Positions 10,204 through 20,135 are shown, counted from the stretch's first letter. The stretch is DNA of 50,907 nt from Candidatus Krumholzibacteriota bacterium (GCA_039714075.1 JBDLKA010000017.1:1-50907), one strand, 5' to 3'. A program made the numbers and translations. The notes: generated from the letters alone by a model not told the origin.

Positions 10204-10419
10204 CTACGAAACCAGCTGGATCCCCGCCGAAACGATCCACAGCACCCAGCCGGACAGATGCAGCACGTAACCGGCCGGTGAATACCAGGACCGCACCTGC
10301 CAGGGCCACCTGAAGGGGCCGTTGCCCAGGGCGGGCGCGCTGGGGGTTCTCATGAAGGCGGAAGTGAGAAAGACAAGCGACACACCGATGATGAAAAGAA
10401 CCGCCGCCAGGGAATCCAT
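10204..10419 (-). CDS. Small two-TM membrane protein
   Basis: GGAG RBS, two hydrophobic segments in 71 aa. Confidence 0.6.
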   Translation of the reverse strand: MDSLAAVLFIIGVSLVFLTSAFMRTPSAPALGNGPFRWPWQVRSWYSPAGYVLHLSGWVLWIVSAGIQLVS

Positions 10420-10574
10420 ATATGCTCCAATTCAGGACTGGTAAAGGAATTGAAATCTGCTGGAAGTCCAAGGAAATTCGACAAATACCGCCGATATAAT
10501 CGTAAAACCAGCAATCAATTAACTTGGGGAAAATGTATGAGAAGTTTCCCCTCCAAGTCAACACCTGATCTCCA

Positions 10575-10611
10575 ATAAAAATGGCCCGGAGCCATTCAGC
10601 CCCGGGCCGTC
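10575..10611 (-). terminator. Rho-independent terminator of the 10634-11446 gene
   Basis: Minus strand ACGGCCCGGGGC-tgaatg-GCTCCGGGCCAT then TTTTATT. Confidence 0.75.
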
Positions 10612-10633
10612 ATACATATCCAATTGTTGCCTG

Positions 10634-11446
10634 CTACCGATACAGACTTTTCACATCTCCCCAGGACCTGCTCTCGGTCGCCACCGGATCGTAGTCGGCG
10701 TAATACACGTCCTTGACGTCGATCACGGTTCCTGACGACACCCAATAGGGCGAGCCCGAGGCCGGCCACGGATCGTAGATCAGATAGAGATCGTCACCCG
10801 TGACCGCGGTGTCGTTGTCGTTGTAGCCCGCGATGATCTTGGCGTGACCGTTGTAGTCGTTCGTCTCTTCATCCGGCGGTGGGAAGATTTCCTGCGGCCA
10901 GCCGAAATGGTCGCACCACAGCACCGGAATGTTGTCGTCGATGCACATGTTCAGGAACGCCCCGTTCAGGGTCGGGAATCCCGCGCTGGCCGGACCCCAC
11001 TTGTAGGGTGTGCCGATGGCCCAGGTGAAGGCGGCGGCCACCTCGTCGGCCGGACCGTCGGGTGGAGCCATGTCAAACATCCCGACCGCATGGGTCTGCA
11101 GGACGCCGTCACCGAGGGTTTCACCCACGGTGGACTTGCCGTTGTCGTAGATCTGGTCCTGCTGGATTTTCACGCCGCCTATACCCCGGTACATGGCGAA
11201 CATGCTGATCGAGGCCGGCGCGCAATAGTAGCCGCAGTGCCCACAGCCCGGCGGCGGGTTGACGGCATGGTCCCAGGTGTGGGGAACCGCGGATGCACCG
11301 GGCAGACACAACATGTTCGTGTCCTTGTGCTGCCACTGCTGGGTCATGGGTAGGGTCTTCACCACCGCCGAGGCGGTGGCGGCTGTCAGGACAAGGAAAA
11401 CGAGGGCCAAAAAGAGAAGAAGAAATCGATGACTGAAAATTTTCAT
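10634..11446 (-). CDS. Secreted papain-fold (C39-like) cysteine peptidase with C-terminal WGxxKxLYR tail
   Basis: Signal peptide (ATASA); YCAPASISM, GHAKIIAGY and IYDPW give a Cys/His/Asp order; ends VATESRSWGDVKSLYR. Confidence 0.75.
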   Translation of the reverse strand: MKIFSHRFLLLFLALVFLVLTAATASAVVKTLPMTQQWQHKDTNMLCLPGASAVPHTWDHAVNPPPGCGHCGYYCAPASISMFAMYRGIGGVKIQQDQIYDNGKSTVGETLGDGVLQTHAVGMFDMAPPDGPADEVAAAFTWAIGTPYKWGPASAGFPTLNGAFLNMCIDDNIPVLWCDHFGWPQEIFPPPDEETNDYNGHAKIIAGYNDNDTAVTGDDLYLIYDPWPASGSPYWVSSGTVIDVKDVYYADYDPVATESRSWGDVKSLYR

Positions 11447-11718
11447 GGCGTCACCTCCGCGTGGAGCCCTCCGATGCCGGGAGAGTCGATCTCACCGGCG
11501 CGAATTGCGACGGTATCGGATCTACGGTTGTGACTCTATTCGGGCAGACAATTCAGGAATCCGTGGAATCCGAATCGTCGCAAAATCCAAAGGTCGGCCG
11601 GGTGAGAGCAGCCTGTTTCCACCCACTGTTTTTCGGACAAAATGTATACATGATGTCCGAAACAGACCACCGATTAGACCATGGTTATTTACTTAGATTC
11701 AGCCCTTATCGCCACATT

Positions 11719-11752
11719 TAAACGACCCGGAGCCATCAAGCCCCGGGCCGTC
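11719..11752 (-). terminator. Terminator-like hairpin downstream of sat, near-identical to that at 10585
   Basis: Minus strand ACGGCCCGGGGC-ttgatg-GCTCCGGGTCGT then TTAAA. Confidence 0.65.
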
Positions 11753-11778
11753 CAACATGCCCCGCGAAATTAGCGGAA

Positions 11779-13008
11779 TTACTTCGCGTTCTTGTCCCCC
11801 GTAGCCGCGTTGTGCAGCTTCACTTCCACATTGTCCTCGTCGCTCAGCCCGGCGTAGTACTCGCGCAGGATCTCCAGGATCTCGGGCCTTGAAAACTCGG
11901 CCGGGATTTCCTCGCCCTCGCTCAGCGCCTTCCGCAGCGCCGTGCCGCTGACGAACAACCGGTCCTCCTTGCCGTGCGGGCAGGTCTTCATGCTGATCAT
12001 GCCGCCGCACTTGTAGCACCAGAAGGTCCAGTCGATGGGCAGCATCCGGATCTCCAAAGCACCCTCGGGAATTTCGCTCCAGATATTCTGAGCATCAAAA
12101 GGACCGTAGTAATTGCCCACGCCGGCGTGGTCGCGGCCGATGATCATGTGCGTGCAGCCGAAATTCTGGCGAAACACGCCGTGCAACAGGCCTTCGCGCG
12201 GACCGGCGTAACGCATGTCCAGCGGGTAGCCGCCCTGCAGGACGCGGTCCTTGATGAAGTAGTTGTCCACCAGGGCCTCGATGCACTTGACGCGCACGTC
12301 GGCGGGAATGTCGCCGGGCTTCAGCCCGCCCACCAGCTGGTGGATGTATAGCCCGTCGCCCACTTCGATGGCGATCTTGGCCAGGTACTCGTGGCTGCGG
12401 TGCATCGGGTTGCGAAGCTGCAGCGCCGAGATGGTCTTCCAGCCCCGCTTGGCGAATTCCGCGCGGCTTTCGGCCGGACGCTGGTACAGGCCGGCGAACT
12501 CGGTGGGGAAAGAACCTTCGCTCAGCACCGTCACCGGGCCACCCAGGTTCACGGCCTTCTGGTCCATGACCATCTTGACGCCGGGGTGCTCGCCGTCGGT
12601 GGTCCGGAACACGTTTTCGCACTCGAATTCGCGGTCGATGGTGTACTTCTCTTCCACCTTCATGGTGGCCATCACTTCGCCGTCCGCAGCGACCAGGGCC
12701 ACTTCTTCGCCGTCGGCGACGGCCTCGGCCACGTCGGCGTCGACGCTCAGGGTGATGGGAATCGGCCAGAACACGCCGCTGCTCAGCTTCATGTCCCTGC
12801 AGACGCCCTCCCAGTCGGCCTGGCCCATGAATCCGGTCAAAGGCGTGAAGCCGCCGATACCGAGCATGATCAGGTCGCCGGTCTCGCGGCTGGAGATGGT
12901 CACCTTGCGCAGGGATTCCGCGCGCTCGAGTTCGGCCTGCCGGGCATCGCCCTCCAGAAGAAGGGGCATCAGATTGTCGCTGCCGTGGGGCTTGATGAGG
13001 TCGGCCAC
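11779..13008 (-). CDS. sat: Sulfate adenylyltransferase (ATP sulfurylase)
   Basis: [20 protein letters not shown] and GRDHAG motifs; C-terminal CYKC...CPH zinc site; GTG start after AAGGA. Confidence 0.96.
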   Translation of the reverse strand: MADLIKPHGSDNLMPLLLEGDARQAELERAESLRKVTISSRETGDLIMLGIGGFTPLTGFMGQADWEGVCRDMKLSSGVFWPIPITLSVDADVAEAVADGEEVALVAADGEVMATMKVEEKYTIDREFECENVFRTTDGEHPGVKMVMDQKAVNLGGPVTVLSEGSFPTEFAGLYQRPAESRAEFAKRGWKTISALQLRNPMHRSHEYLAKIAIEVGDGLYIHQLVGGLKPGDIPADVRVKCIEALVDNYFIKDRVLQGGYPLDMRYAGPREGLLHGVFRQNFGCTHMIIGRDHAGVGNYYGPFDAQNIWSEIPEGALEIRMLPIDWTFWCYKCGGMISMKTCPHGKEDRLFVSGTALRKALSEGEEIPAEFSRPEILEILREYYAGLSDEDNVEVKLHNAATGDKNAK

Positions 13009-13085
13009 GAGTGGTTCCTTTCAGTTCCATCCCTTAAAAAATCGGGTCATGAAGCCAAATCAGGCCTCCGGCGGGTCTGATGTCC

Positions 13086-13121
13086 AATAAAAACCACCGG
13101 CAGCGCGAGCTCCCGGTGGTT
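13086..13121 (-). terminator. Rho-independent terminator
   Basis: AACCACCGG...CCGGTGGTT stem with a T-tract on the minus strand, downstream of the 13152 gene. Confidence 0.7.
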
Positions 13122-13151
13122 CCTTATTGTTCCCTATCGTGCCGCATATTC

Positions 13152-14396
13152 CTAGATTCCGGCCACCTTCATGTAGATGACCTCCATGGGCTCGGGCTCT
13201 TCCTCATCCTCGTCTTCCGCAGTCGCGCCCCGGCTTTGCAACGCTTCCACGGCCTCGGTGAAGCCGGTCACCATCACCGCGTTGCCGTCGGGGGTCCAGA
13301 TGAGGATGTCGTTCTCGCCGTCACCCTCGCACTTGGCGCTCACCGTCTTGAGATAATGCCCGTCCGGCGTGAAGACGTCCCAGGTGGTCAGAATGCCCTC
13401 GGGCTGCTCGAACCCGCTGCGGCTGTTCGTGACCCACAGGTTGCCGTCGGTCCCGAACACCAGGCTGTTGATGTCGGGCTGGGTCGTGGAAGGGATGATC
13501 TTGGCGTTGGGAATCTGGGCCAGGGCCGCTTCCATGGTGGTCTTGACCCGGTTGAACTCGTCGTCGTCACGGTCCCGGTGGACGTATTCACGCTCGATCA
13601 CACGCTCCAGCGTGCCGTCCGCGGTGTAGACGTTGATCAGGTAGTCGTCCCGCTCGGGCGCCACGTAGACGCGCCCGTCCTTGCCGGTGGCCACCTTGCG
13701 GAAATCGATCCGGTTCTGCCCGGATTCATCGAAGGTGAAATTGGTGAAGTCCCAGTGGTAGGAGTTTTCGTAGAAGCGGACCGTTTCATTGCCTTCGGTA
13801 TCGAAGGCGGCCACGAAATTGACCCGGGTCTGTTCGGTCTGCACCTCTCCGGGATTGATTCCTTCGGCCGTCACGATCACCTGTTTCCCGTCGGACACGC
13901 AATCGAACATCTGCAGGAAACCGCCCTTGGAGGCGTCACCGATTTCCACCACGCCGGCCGGCGTGCCGTCGGTTCCGATCTTGGTGATCTTCCCGGGAAA
14001 GACCTGCACCAGGCCCAGGTTGCCGTCCGGCATGAACAGCAGGCCCGAGGGAATGCGGGTCTCGCCCGGCCCGTCGCCCTCGCGGCTCAGGGTGGTCAGG
14101 CGCTCACCGTCGGGCGAGTACACCGGCACTTCGCTCATCCGCGTATCCAGCAGGTAGATGGTGCCGTCGTCCCCCACCACGCACTGGCTGATCATCCCGA
14201 AAAATTCCTCGTCGTCCTCGCCGCCGTGGCGCCAGACCTCGTCAAATTCCACGGTCACGTTGCCGCCGCTGGGCTCGGCGCCGTTCATGACGTGCAGGAC
14301 GCCGTCCTTGTCCATTTCCTCGCCGGCCCAGGCGGGGGCCGCAAGTGTCACCATCACCAGGACGGCCAGGGCCGCCCGGAATCCCATCTTACTCAT
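13152..14396 (-). CDS. Secreted beta-propeller (NHL/6-bladed-like) protein
   Basis: Signal peptide (PAWA); repeated DG-x-(I/V)Y and GDGPGE blade motifs. Confidence 0.8.
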   Translation of the reverse strand: MSKMGFRAALAVLVMVTLAAPAWAGEEMDKDGVLHVMNGAEPSGGNVTVEFDEVWRHGGEDDEEFFGMISQCVVGDDGTIYLLDTRMSEVPVYSPDGERLTTLSREGDGPGETRIPSGLLFMPDGNLGLVQVFPGKITKIGTDGTPAGVVEIGDASKGGFLQMFDCVSDGKQVIVTAEGINPGEVQTEQTRVNFVAAFDTEGNETVRFYENSYHWDFTNFTFDESGQNRIDFRKVATGKDGRVYVAPERDDYLINVYTADGTLERVIEREYVHRDRDDDEFNRVKTTMEAALAQIPNAKIIPSTTQPDINSLVFGTDGNLWVTNSRSGFEQPEGILTTWDVFTPDGHYLKTVSAKCEGDGENDILIWTPDGNAVMVTGFTEAVEALQSRGATAEDEDEEEPEPMEVIYMKVAGI

Positions 14397-14491
14397 CTTG
14401 AAGGCCTTTCATTGTTGCCGCCCGGTAAAGGAGTGGACGGCCTGCTCTCCCGTTTCCGGGCTATCTACGGATGGTCAGGCCAGTGGGTTGC

Positions 14492-14524
14492 AAAAAGGAG
14501 CCACGCCCGGGGGCGCGGCTCCTG
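14492..14524 (-). terminator. Rho-independent terminator after the octaheme cytochrome
   Basis: AGGAGCC-...-GGCTCCT stem with TTTTT on the minus strand. Confidence 0.7.
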
Positions 14525-14547
14525 GTATGACCCGGTCGAGGCGAGGA

Positions 14548-15780
14548 CTAGCGTCCGGCCAGGGTCGGAGGCTGGGGATGCATCGGACCGTTGCCGTCGG
14601 CGCCGGTCACGAAGTCGGACAGCTCCTGCAGGGTCTTGATCGACCCGCCGCCGCCGACACCGTCGGGATCGTTGTGGCAGCCGTAGCAGGCGAAGTCCAG
14701 GGTCACGGCGGCCTGACCCACTTCGTCCATCCTGACGAATTTGCCGTCCTCGGTGAACATTTCGTCCTTGCCGACCGCCGCGCTGTTGATGCTGAAGATG
14801 TGCGTCTTGATGTCACCCTGGTAAGCGGTCACGGCGATTGCGGACTTGGAGGCCTTGGGCATGTGACAGGACGTGCACGTGACGAATCCGTTGAACTCCC
14901 CGTGCTTAAGATTTGCGCCGGCGTACGTGGTGTGGCAATCGGTGCAGGACATGGCGGTCCCGTCGCCCGGCATCACGTCGTCGAGTTTGACCGAGCTGTG
15001 GGGATCATGGCAGGTGTTGCAGCCGATGGCGCTGTTGTGCGGCGAGTGCAGCCACTCGTCGTATTGCTCGTGATGCTTGATGTACCCGCCGCTGCCTGCT
15101 ATCCGGTTTTCGGGGTCGCGCGTGTGGCACTGGCCGCAAAGCGCGGATGATGAGTCCTTGGTCATCGCGAAATCCTGGGGCGCGGCCACGTGCCGGCTGC
15201 CCATGCCGTGGCATTGCTCGCAATGAATGCCGCCGGCGAAGAAGGTACCGACCAGACCTTCGAGGCCGTCCTGGTTGTTGGTGGCATCACCGTCGTCGGA
15301 ATCGACCCAGCCGGTGGTGTGGCACTTGCCGCAGTTGTACTTCTTGGTGCCGATGGGATCGCTGGTGTAGGCGACCCGGGTCTGGTTCTCGAAGTTGTAC
15401 TGGGTGTCGTCGTTCAGGGTGATGATATAGCCGTTCTCGTCAATCCAGCGCATCTTCCAGCCGAAGCCGCCGATGGTGTAGGAGATGTCGGCCCAGGTGT
15501 AACCCGCAGGCGGAACGACGGGATCATTGGGGAACATCGATTCCGCGGGGAAAAGAAGGTCCGGGCTCTCGCCCTCGATCTTGGTCAGCTTGAAGGGATG
15601 ACCCGATTTGACCCATCTGTCGTAATGATCCTGATGGCAGGCCATGCACTTGTCCGAACCGGCGTAATCCAGATCCGGAATCGTAACCGGTGGCGTGGCG
15701 GTGTCACAGTCGTCGGAACAACCCGTGAAGACCACAGCACTGGTCAGTAAAACCAGCAGAATGATCAGGAATCTAATCAT
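14548..15780 (-). CDS. Lipoprotein octaheme cytochrome c
   Basis: Start MIRFLII at 15780 after AAGGAGAGGG; lipobox FTGC; 8 CxxCH motifs (CMACH, CGKCH, CEQCH, CGQCH, CNTCH, CTDCH, CTSCH, CYGCH). Confidence 0.92.
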   Translation of the reverse strand: MIRFLIILLVLLTSAVVFTGCSDDCDTATPPVTIPDLDYAGSDKCMACHQDHYDRWVKSGHPFKLTKIEGESPDLLFPAESMFPNDPVVPPAGYTWADISYTIGGFGWKMRWIDENGYIITLNDDTQYNFENQTRVAYTSDPIGTKKYNCGKCHTTGWVDSDDGDATNNQDGLEGLVGTFFAGGIHCEQCHGMGSRHVAAPQDFAMTKDSSSALCGQCHTRDPENRIAGSGGYIKHHEQYDEWLHSPHNSAIGCNTCHDPHSSVKLDDVMPGDGTAMSCTDCHTTYAGANLKHGEFNGFVTCTSCHMPKASKSAIAVTAYQGDIKTHIFSINSAAVGKDEMFTEDGKFVRMDEVGQAAVTLDFACYGCHNDPDGVGGGGSIKTLQELSDFVTGADGNGPMHPQPPTLAGR

Positions 15781-16147
15781 GTCCCTCTCCTTTGAAGTGT
15801 GGTTAAACACTCGACCCGTTAACCGATTAACATTGTTCCTGATCCCATAGATATTATCTAGACTTTTGTTAAAAAAATGGCAGTCAATCCCAGCACCCTC
15901 CATAACCTACTCAAACCAAACAATTTGGACTTTATTGTCCGATTTATTAAGGTTTGTAATATCACATAGTTATGGTAGTGATTGTGTCATTTTCTTGTCA
16001 TGGATTTTTGGGACTGAGGGAATTTTTCATTAAAACCTGTTAAAAAAAATTCACACAGATGGAACTCCGGACCCTCCCGGAAGGTTGCCTCGGACATCCC
16101 TCCGGTCCCGGTCTGGACATTCCCCAAGCTGTGGTTACCTTCGTGCC

Positions 16148-17428
16148 ATGACCAACCCCGTGCGCATGACCGAGTTGTTCCGTTTCTGGGCGCCCCTGCA
16201 GGCCACCTGGCTGATGATGTCCCTCGAGGGCCCTTTCCTCGCAGCGGTCATCGCACGCCTGGCCGAACCCAAGCACAACCTGGCGGCCTACGGGGTGGCT
16301 TTCGCCCTGGCCATTCTGGTCGAAGCCCCTGTCATCATGATGATGAGCGCCTCGACCGCCCTGGTCGACTCGGCCGGCATCTACCGCCGCCTGCGCAATT
16401 TCATGTGGATGCTGAACCTGGGCATCACCGCGGTCATGCTGATCCTGCTGTTCACGCCATTATGGAGCTTGCTGACCGACACCTGGATGGGCCTCGACGA
16501 CGAAGTGGCCCGCCTGACCCGTGTCTCCTTGTACATCCTGCTGCCGTGGCCCGCAGCCATCGGCTACCGGCGTTTCTATCAGGGATTGTTGATCCGCAGC
16601 GGCCTGACCCGCCGGGTGGCCTGGGGCACGGTGATCCGCCTGGTTTCCATGATCGTGACCGCCCTGGTCAGCCGCGCCGCGGGCCTGTCCGGCGCCTGGG
16701 TGGGCGCCGCCGCCCTGACCGGCGGGGTTTGCACCGAAGCGGTCGCCAGCCGTTTGATGGCCGCAGCCACGGTGCGGGATTACCTGAACAAACCATCCGA
16801 CGAAGTGCTCAGTCATGCCGGCATCATCCGGTTCTACCTGCCGCTGGCCCTGACTTCGACCATCGCCCTGGCCGTGCAGCCGATGGTCACCTTTTTCATG
16901 GGCCAGGCCCGTTTCTCTTTGGAATCCCTGGCCGTACTGCCGGTGATCAATTCTCTGGTTTTCATTTTCCGCTCGCCGGGCCTCAGTTACCAGGAAGCCG
17001 CCATCACCATGCTGGGGCGCAGCTGGGACAACTACCGGGCCGTGCGCAACTTCGCGATCCTTCTGGGACTGGGCGCGGCGGTCGGCCTGGCCCTGATCGG
17101 CTGGACCCCGCTGGCCGCGGTCTGGCTCCGCACCGTTTCCGGTCTGACGGCGGAACTGGCCGACTTCGCCCTGGGCCCCATCCGCATCCTGACCCTGATG
17201 CCCATGCTCTCGGTGCTGCTCTCGTTCCAGCGCTCGCTGCTGGTGGCCCGCCGTCACACCAGTCCGGTCACCTGGGCTTCGGCGATCGAGGTTGCCGGTA
17301 TCCTGGCCGTGCTTTACATCACCATCCGCATGGGCGACTGGGTCGGGGCCACCGCCGCGGCGACGGCCTTCATGATCGGCCGGTTGATGAGCAACATCCT
17401 CCTGATCGGACAAGCCCGTAAACCATAG
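16148..17428 (+). CDS. MATE-superfamily/ANKH-like multi-pass membrane transporter
   Basis: About 12 hydrophobic segments in two similar halves (FWAPL.../FYLPL...); NLAAYGVAFAL motif. Confidence 0.75.
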   Translation: MTNPVRMTELFRFWAPLQATWLMMSLEGPFLAAVIARLAEPKHNLAAYGVAFALAILVEAPVIMMMSASTALVDSAGIYRRLRNFMWMLNLGITAVMLILLFTPLWSLLTDTWMGLDDEVARLTRVSLYILLPWPAAIGYRRFYQGLLIRSGLTRRVAWGTVIRLVSMIVTALVSRAAGLSGAWVGAAALTGGVCTEAVASRLMAAATVRDYLNKPSDEVLSHAGIIRFYLPLALTSTIALAVQPMVTFFMGQARFSLESLAVLPVINSLVFIFRSPGLSYQEAAITMLGRSWDNYRAVRNFAILLGLGAAVGLALIGWTPLAAVWLRTVSGLTAELADFALGPIRILTLMPMLSVLLSFQRSLLVARRHTSPVTWASAIEVAGILAVLYITIRMGDWVGATAAATAFMIGRLMSNILLIGQARKP

Positions 17429-17513
17429 TGTTTCAGTGGGTTGACCCCTTATTCAAGGGGATCCATACTTGCTCCCGAAGATCTTCAAAAGTTGAAGGGG
17501 GAAGCCAAGGAGC

Positions 17514-19613
17514 ATGACGGTGATGTATACCCGGACCCCGCTGATGGTGATTCTGTCCATCATGATGACCACCACGGTCCCGGCTGCAACTCCCCCGGAT
17601 ACCACGACCACCCGGCTCGACGACCTGATCGTGACCGCCCCGGGCATTCCCTGGGGCGACGGACCCGTTTCCGCGGAAACACTGCGCGGGCGCGGCGGCG
17701 CCAACCTGGCCGAAGCCCTCGAACACCTCCCGGGCGTGGCCGCCGTGCGCCGGGCCCCCAGCGCGGCCGAGCCGGTGATTCGCGGCCTGGGCTGGGAGCG
17801 GGTGCAGACCATCCTGGGCGCGGTGCCCCTGTACGGTGCCTGTCCCGGCCGCATGGATCCACCGGCCACCTATCTGACCCCGCTGGCCACTTCCGAGGTC
17901 TCGATCTTCCGTGGCGGCGGCAACTCGGCCTTCGGTCCGGGCGCGACCGGAGGATCCATCCAGGCGAATCCCGATTTCGAACGCCCGGCTGACACGCCCG
18001 CGGACGTGACGCCCTTCATGGAGGCCGGTTACGAATCGGCCCGTGAAGGCTTCCGCACCGAGGGCGGATTGTTCGGGGGCACACGCGCCATCGACTACAA
18101 GGTTGGACTCGGCCACCGGAAGTATGGGGATTACACCGCCCCGGACGGAACCGTGGTTCCGGCGGGCCTGAAGTCCACCACCGCCAACGCCTCGCTCGGC
18201 TGGCGGCCCGCCGAGGGCCGGCGCCTGTGGAACGCTGTGACCTACACGAAGGAACAGGACGTCGATTTCCCCGCCATGCCCATGGACAACATCGACACCG
18301 ACTTCCTGGTGTACAACGCCGGCTGGCGATCCGAATACGACGGCGGAACCGTCACCCGGTTCGAAGTCACCGGCGGTGTGTCATGGGTCGACCATTTCAT
18401 GGACAACAGCAACAAGCCCAACCGCGGGGTGATGGAAGCCGGTACCGACGCGATGACCCGCAGTTGGGCCGCGCATGCCCATCTGGACCTCGACCCCGGC
18501 CGGTCCCTGATCCTGAAAACCGGTCTGGACTTGACCAACCTGACCCGTGACGCCACACGAACCAGGCGTATGGTCGCCAGCGGCGCGGTTTTTCATGACC
18601 GCCTGTGGCCCGACGCCGTTCAGTTGTCCGGCGGTGGGTTCGCCGCCCTCGAAATTCCCCTGACCGACGTCACACTTCTAACGGTCGACGGCCGCCTGGA
18701 CGCCGTGGACAGCAGGGCCCGCGCGGCCGACGCCGCCAGCCTGGGCGGAAGGACCATACGCGAGCAGTACGTCCGCTTCTACGGCCCGGAGGCCGCCGAA
18801 ACCGACCGCACCGAAACCCTCGGCCTGGCGGGCCTGCGTCTGGACGGCCGCTTCGCCCCCCGGCGACTATGGTATCTGCGCGGCGGAGTCAGTTCGCGCT
18901 CGGCCGGCGTGACCGAGAGCTATTACGCCTTCGGCCCCGCCCCGGGTGGATTCCAGGTGGGCAACCCCACCCTGGCCGCCGAAAAGAAATGGGAAGCCGA
19001 AGCGGGTGTGACCCTGACCGGCGAAAAACTGTCGGTGGCCGTCAGCGGTTTTCACGCGCGGATCGGAGACTACATCCTGCCCACCGTGATCGCGGTCATG
19101 GATGTCAATGGTGACGGCAACGACGATATCGTCAAAGGTTTCCAAAACATCGATGCAGCCCTGTCCGGAGGGGAGCTCGGCCTGGAGTACCGGCCCACCG
19201 ATTCCCTTTACCTGCCCTTGACCCTGTCCTTCGTGGGGGGCCGCAACACCACTGACGACCGGGATCTTCCCGAGATCCCACCCTTGTCGGGAACCGCGGA
19301 AATCCGATGGCAGGCCCACGGCGACACCGACACCTGGTTGCGCGGCGGCGCCTATTTCGCCGCCGACCAGGACAGGATCGACAACGCCTTCGGTGAAAAC
19401 CGCACCGGGGGATTCTCCGTCTGGCGTTTGGGTTTCGAAACGAACCCCATGCCGGGCCTGGACCTGGGCCTGTGGGTCGACAACCTGTTCGACAAACTCT
19501 ACAACGAGCACCTCACCCGCGAAGCGCTGCTGCCGACGGGCGGCCTGGCCGCGGGACAGGAGATCCCTGCTCCCGGCCGCAGTTTCAACGTGTCTGCACG
19601 TATGGAATTCTGA
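17514..19613 (+). CDS. TonB-dependent receptor, OprC/NosA-like copper receptor type
   Basis: Signal peptide, plug motif EPVIRGLG, GACPGRMDPP (CxxxM), HFMDN, GNPTL, C-terminal PGRSFNVSARMEF. Confidence 0.88.
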   Translation: MTVMYTRTPLMVILSIMMTTTVPAATPPDTTTTRLDDLIVTAPGIPWGDGPVSAETLRGRGGANLAEALEHLPGVAAVRRAPSAAEPVIRGLGWERVQTILGAVPLYGACPGRMDPPATYLTPLATSEVSIFRGGGNSAFGPGATGGSIQANPDFERPADTPADVTPFMEAGYESAREGFRTEGGLFGGTRAIDYKVGLGHRKYGDYTAPDGTVVPAGLKSTTANASLGWRPAEGRRLWNAVTYTKEQDVDFPAMPMDNIDTDFLVYNAGWRSEYDGGTVTRFEVTGGVSWVDHFMDNSNKPNRGVMEAGTDAMTRSWAAHAHLDLDPGRSLILKTGLDLTNLTRDATRTRRMVASGAVFHDRLWPDAVQLSGGGFAALEIPLTDVTLLTVDGRLDAVDSRARAADAASLGGRTIREQYVRFYGPEAAETDRTETLGLAGLRLDGRFAPRRLWYLRGGVSSRSAGVTESYYAFGPAPGGFQVGNPTLAAEKKWEAEAGVTLTGEKLSVAVSGFHARIGDYILPTVIAVMDVNGDGNDDIVKGFQNIDAALSGGELGLEYRPTDSLYLPLTLSFVGGRNTTDDRDLPEIPPLSGTAEIRWQAHGDTDTWLRGGAYFAADQDRIDNAFGENRTGGFSVWRLGFETNPMPGLDLGLWVDNLFDKLYNEHLTREALLPTGGLAAGQEIPAPGRSFNVSARMEF

Positions 19614-19616
19614 CCC

Positions 19617-20057
19617 TCAGTCTGAGCCGTCGTACTTTTTGCCGCGGCCCTTCTTGGTCTGCGATTTCCGGCGCTTGTCGTCCAGCCGCTTTTCCTTCGA
19701 GGCGCGGGTGGGCCTGGTCTTCTTGCGGGGTTTGGGCGGGATAAGGGCTTCACGCACCAGGCCGGCCAGGCGCTGCGTCACCTCTTCACGATTGCGGCGC
19801 TGGCTGCGATGGGTATCACTGGCCAGGATCAGGTCGCCCGCCTCGGTCAGCCGCGAGGCCAGGGTCTTCAGGACAAGAGCCCGTTCGGCCTCGTTCAGCG
19901 CGGCCGATTCCTTCACGTTCCAACGGACCTGGATCCGGGTGTCGGACGTGTTGACGTGCTGGCCCCCGGGCCCGGACGACCGGCTGGCCGTATAGACCAG
20001 CTCGCCCAGCGGAATCTTCACCCTGTCGTTGATGACCAGTTCAATCGGCACGACCAT
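19617..20057 (-). CDS. arfB: Alternative ribosome rescue peptidyl-tRNA hydrolase
   Basis: SRSSGPGGQHVN, RSQRRNRE and basic tail RKKTRPTRASKEKRL. Confidence 0.95.
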   Translation of the reverse strand: MVVPIELVINDRVKIPLGELVYTASRSSGPGGQHVNTSDTRIQVRWNVKESAALNEAERALVLKTLASRLTEAGDLILASDTHRSQRRNREEVTQRLAGLVREALIPPKPRKKTRPTRASKEKRLDDKRRKSQTKKGRGKKYDGSD

Positions 20058-20135
20058 TCCTTTCCCGGCATGCGTTTCCTGCTTGGGGCCCTTATCATAT
20101 CAGACTCGAGTCGAAATCCCCCAAGGAGGAATCAT

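Noticed and set aside
15940..16060. Rex/CRP-like half sites (TGTAATATCACA, TGTTAA...TTCACA)
   Set aside because: Spacing does not fit either consensus; may be chance in an AT-rich region
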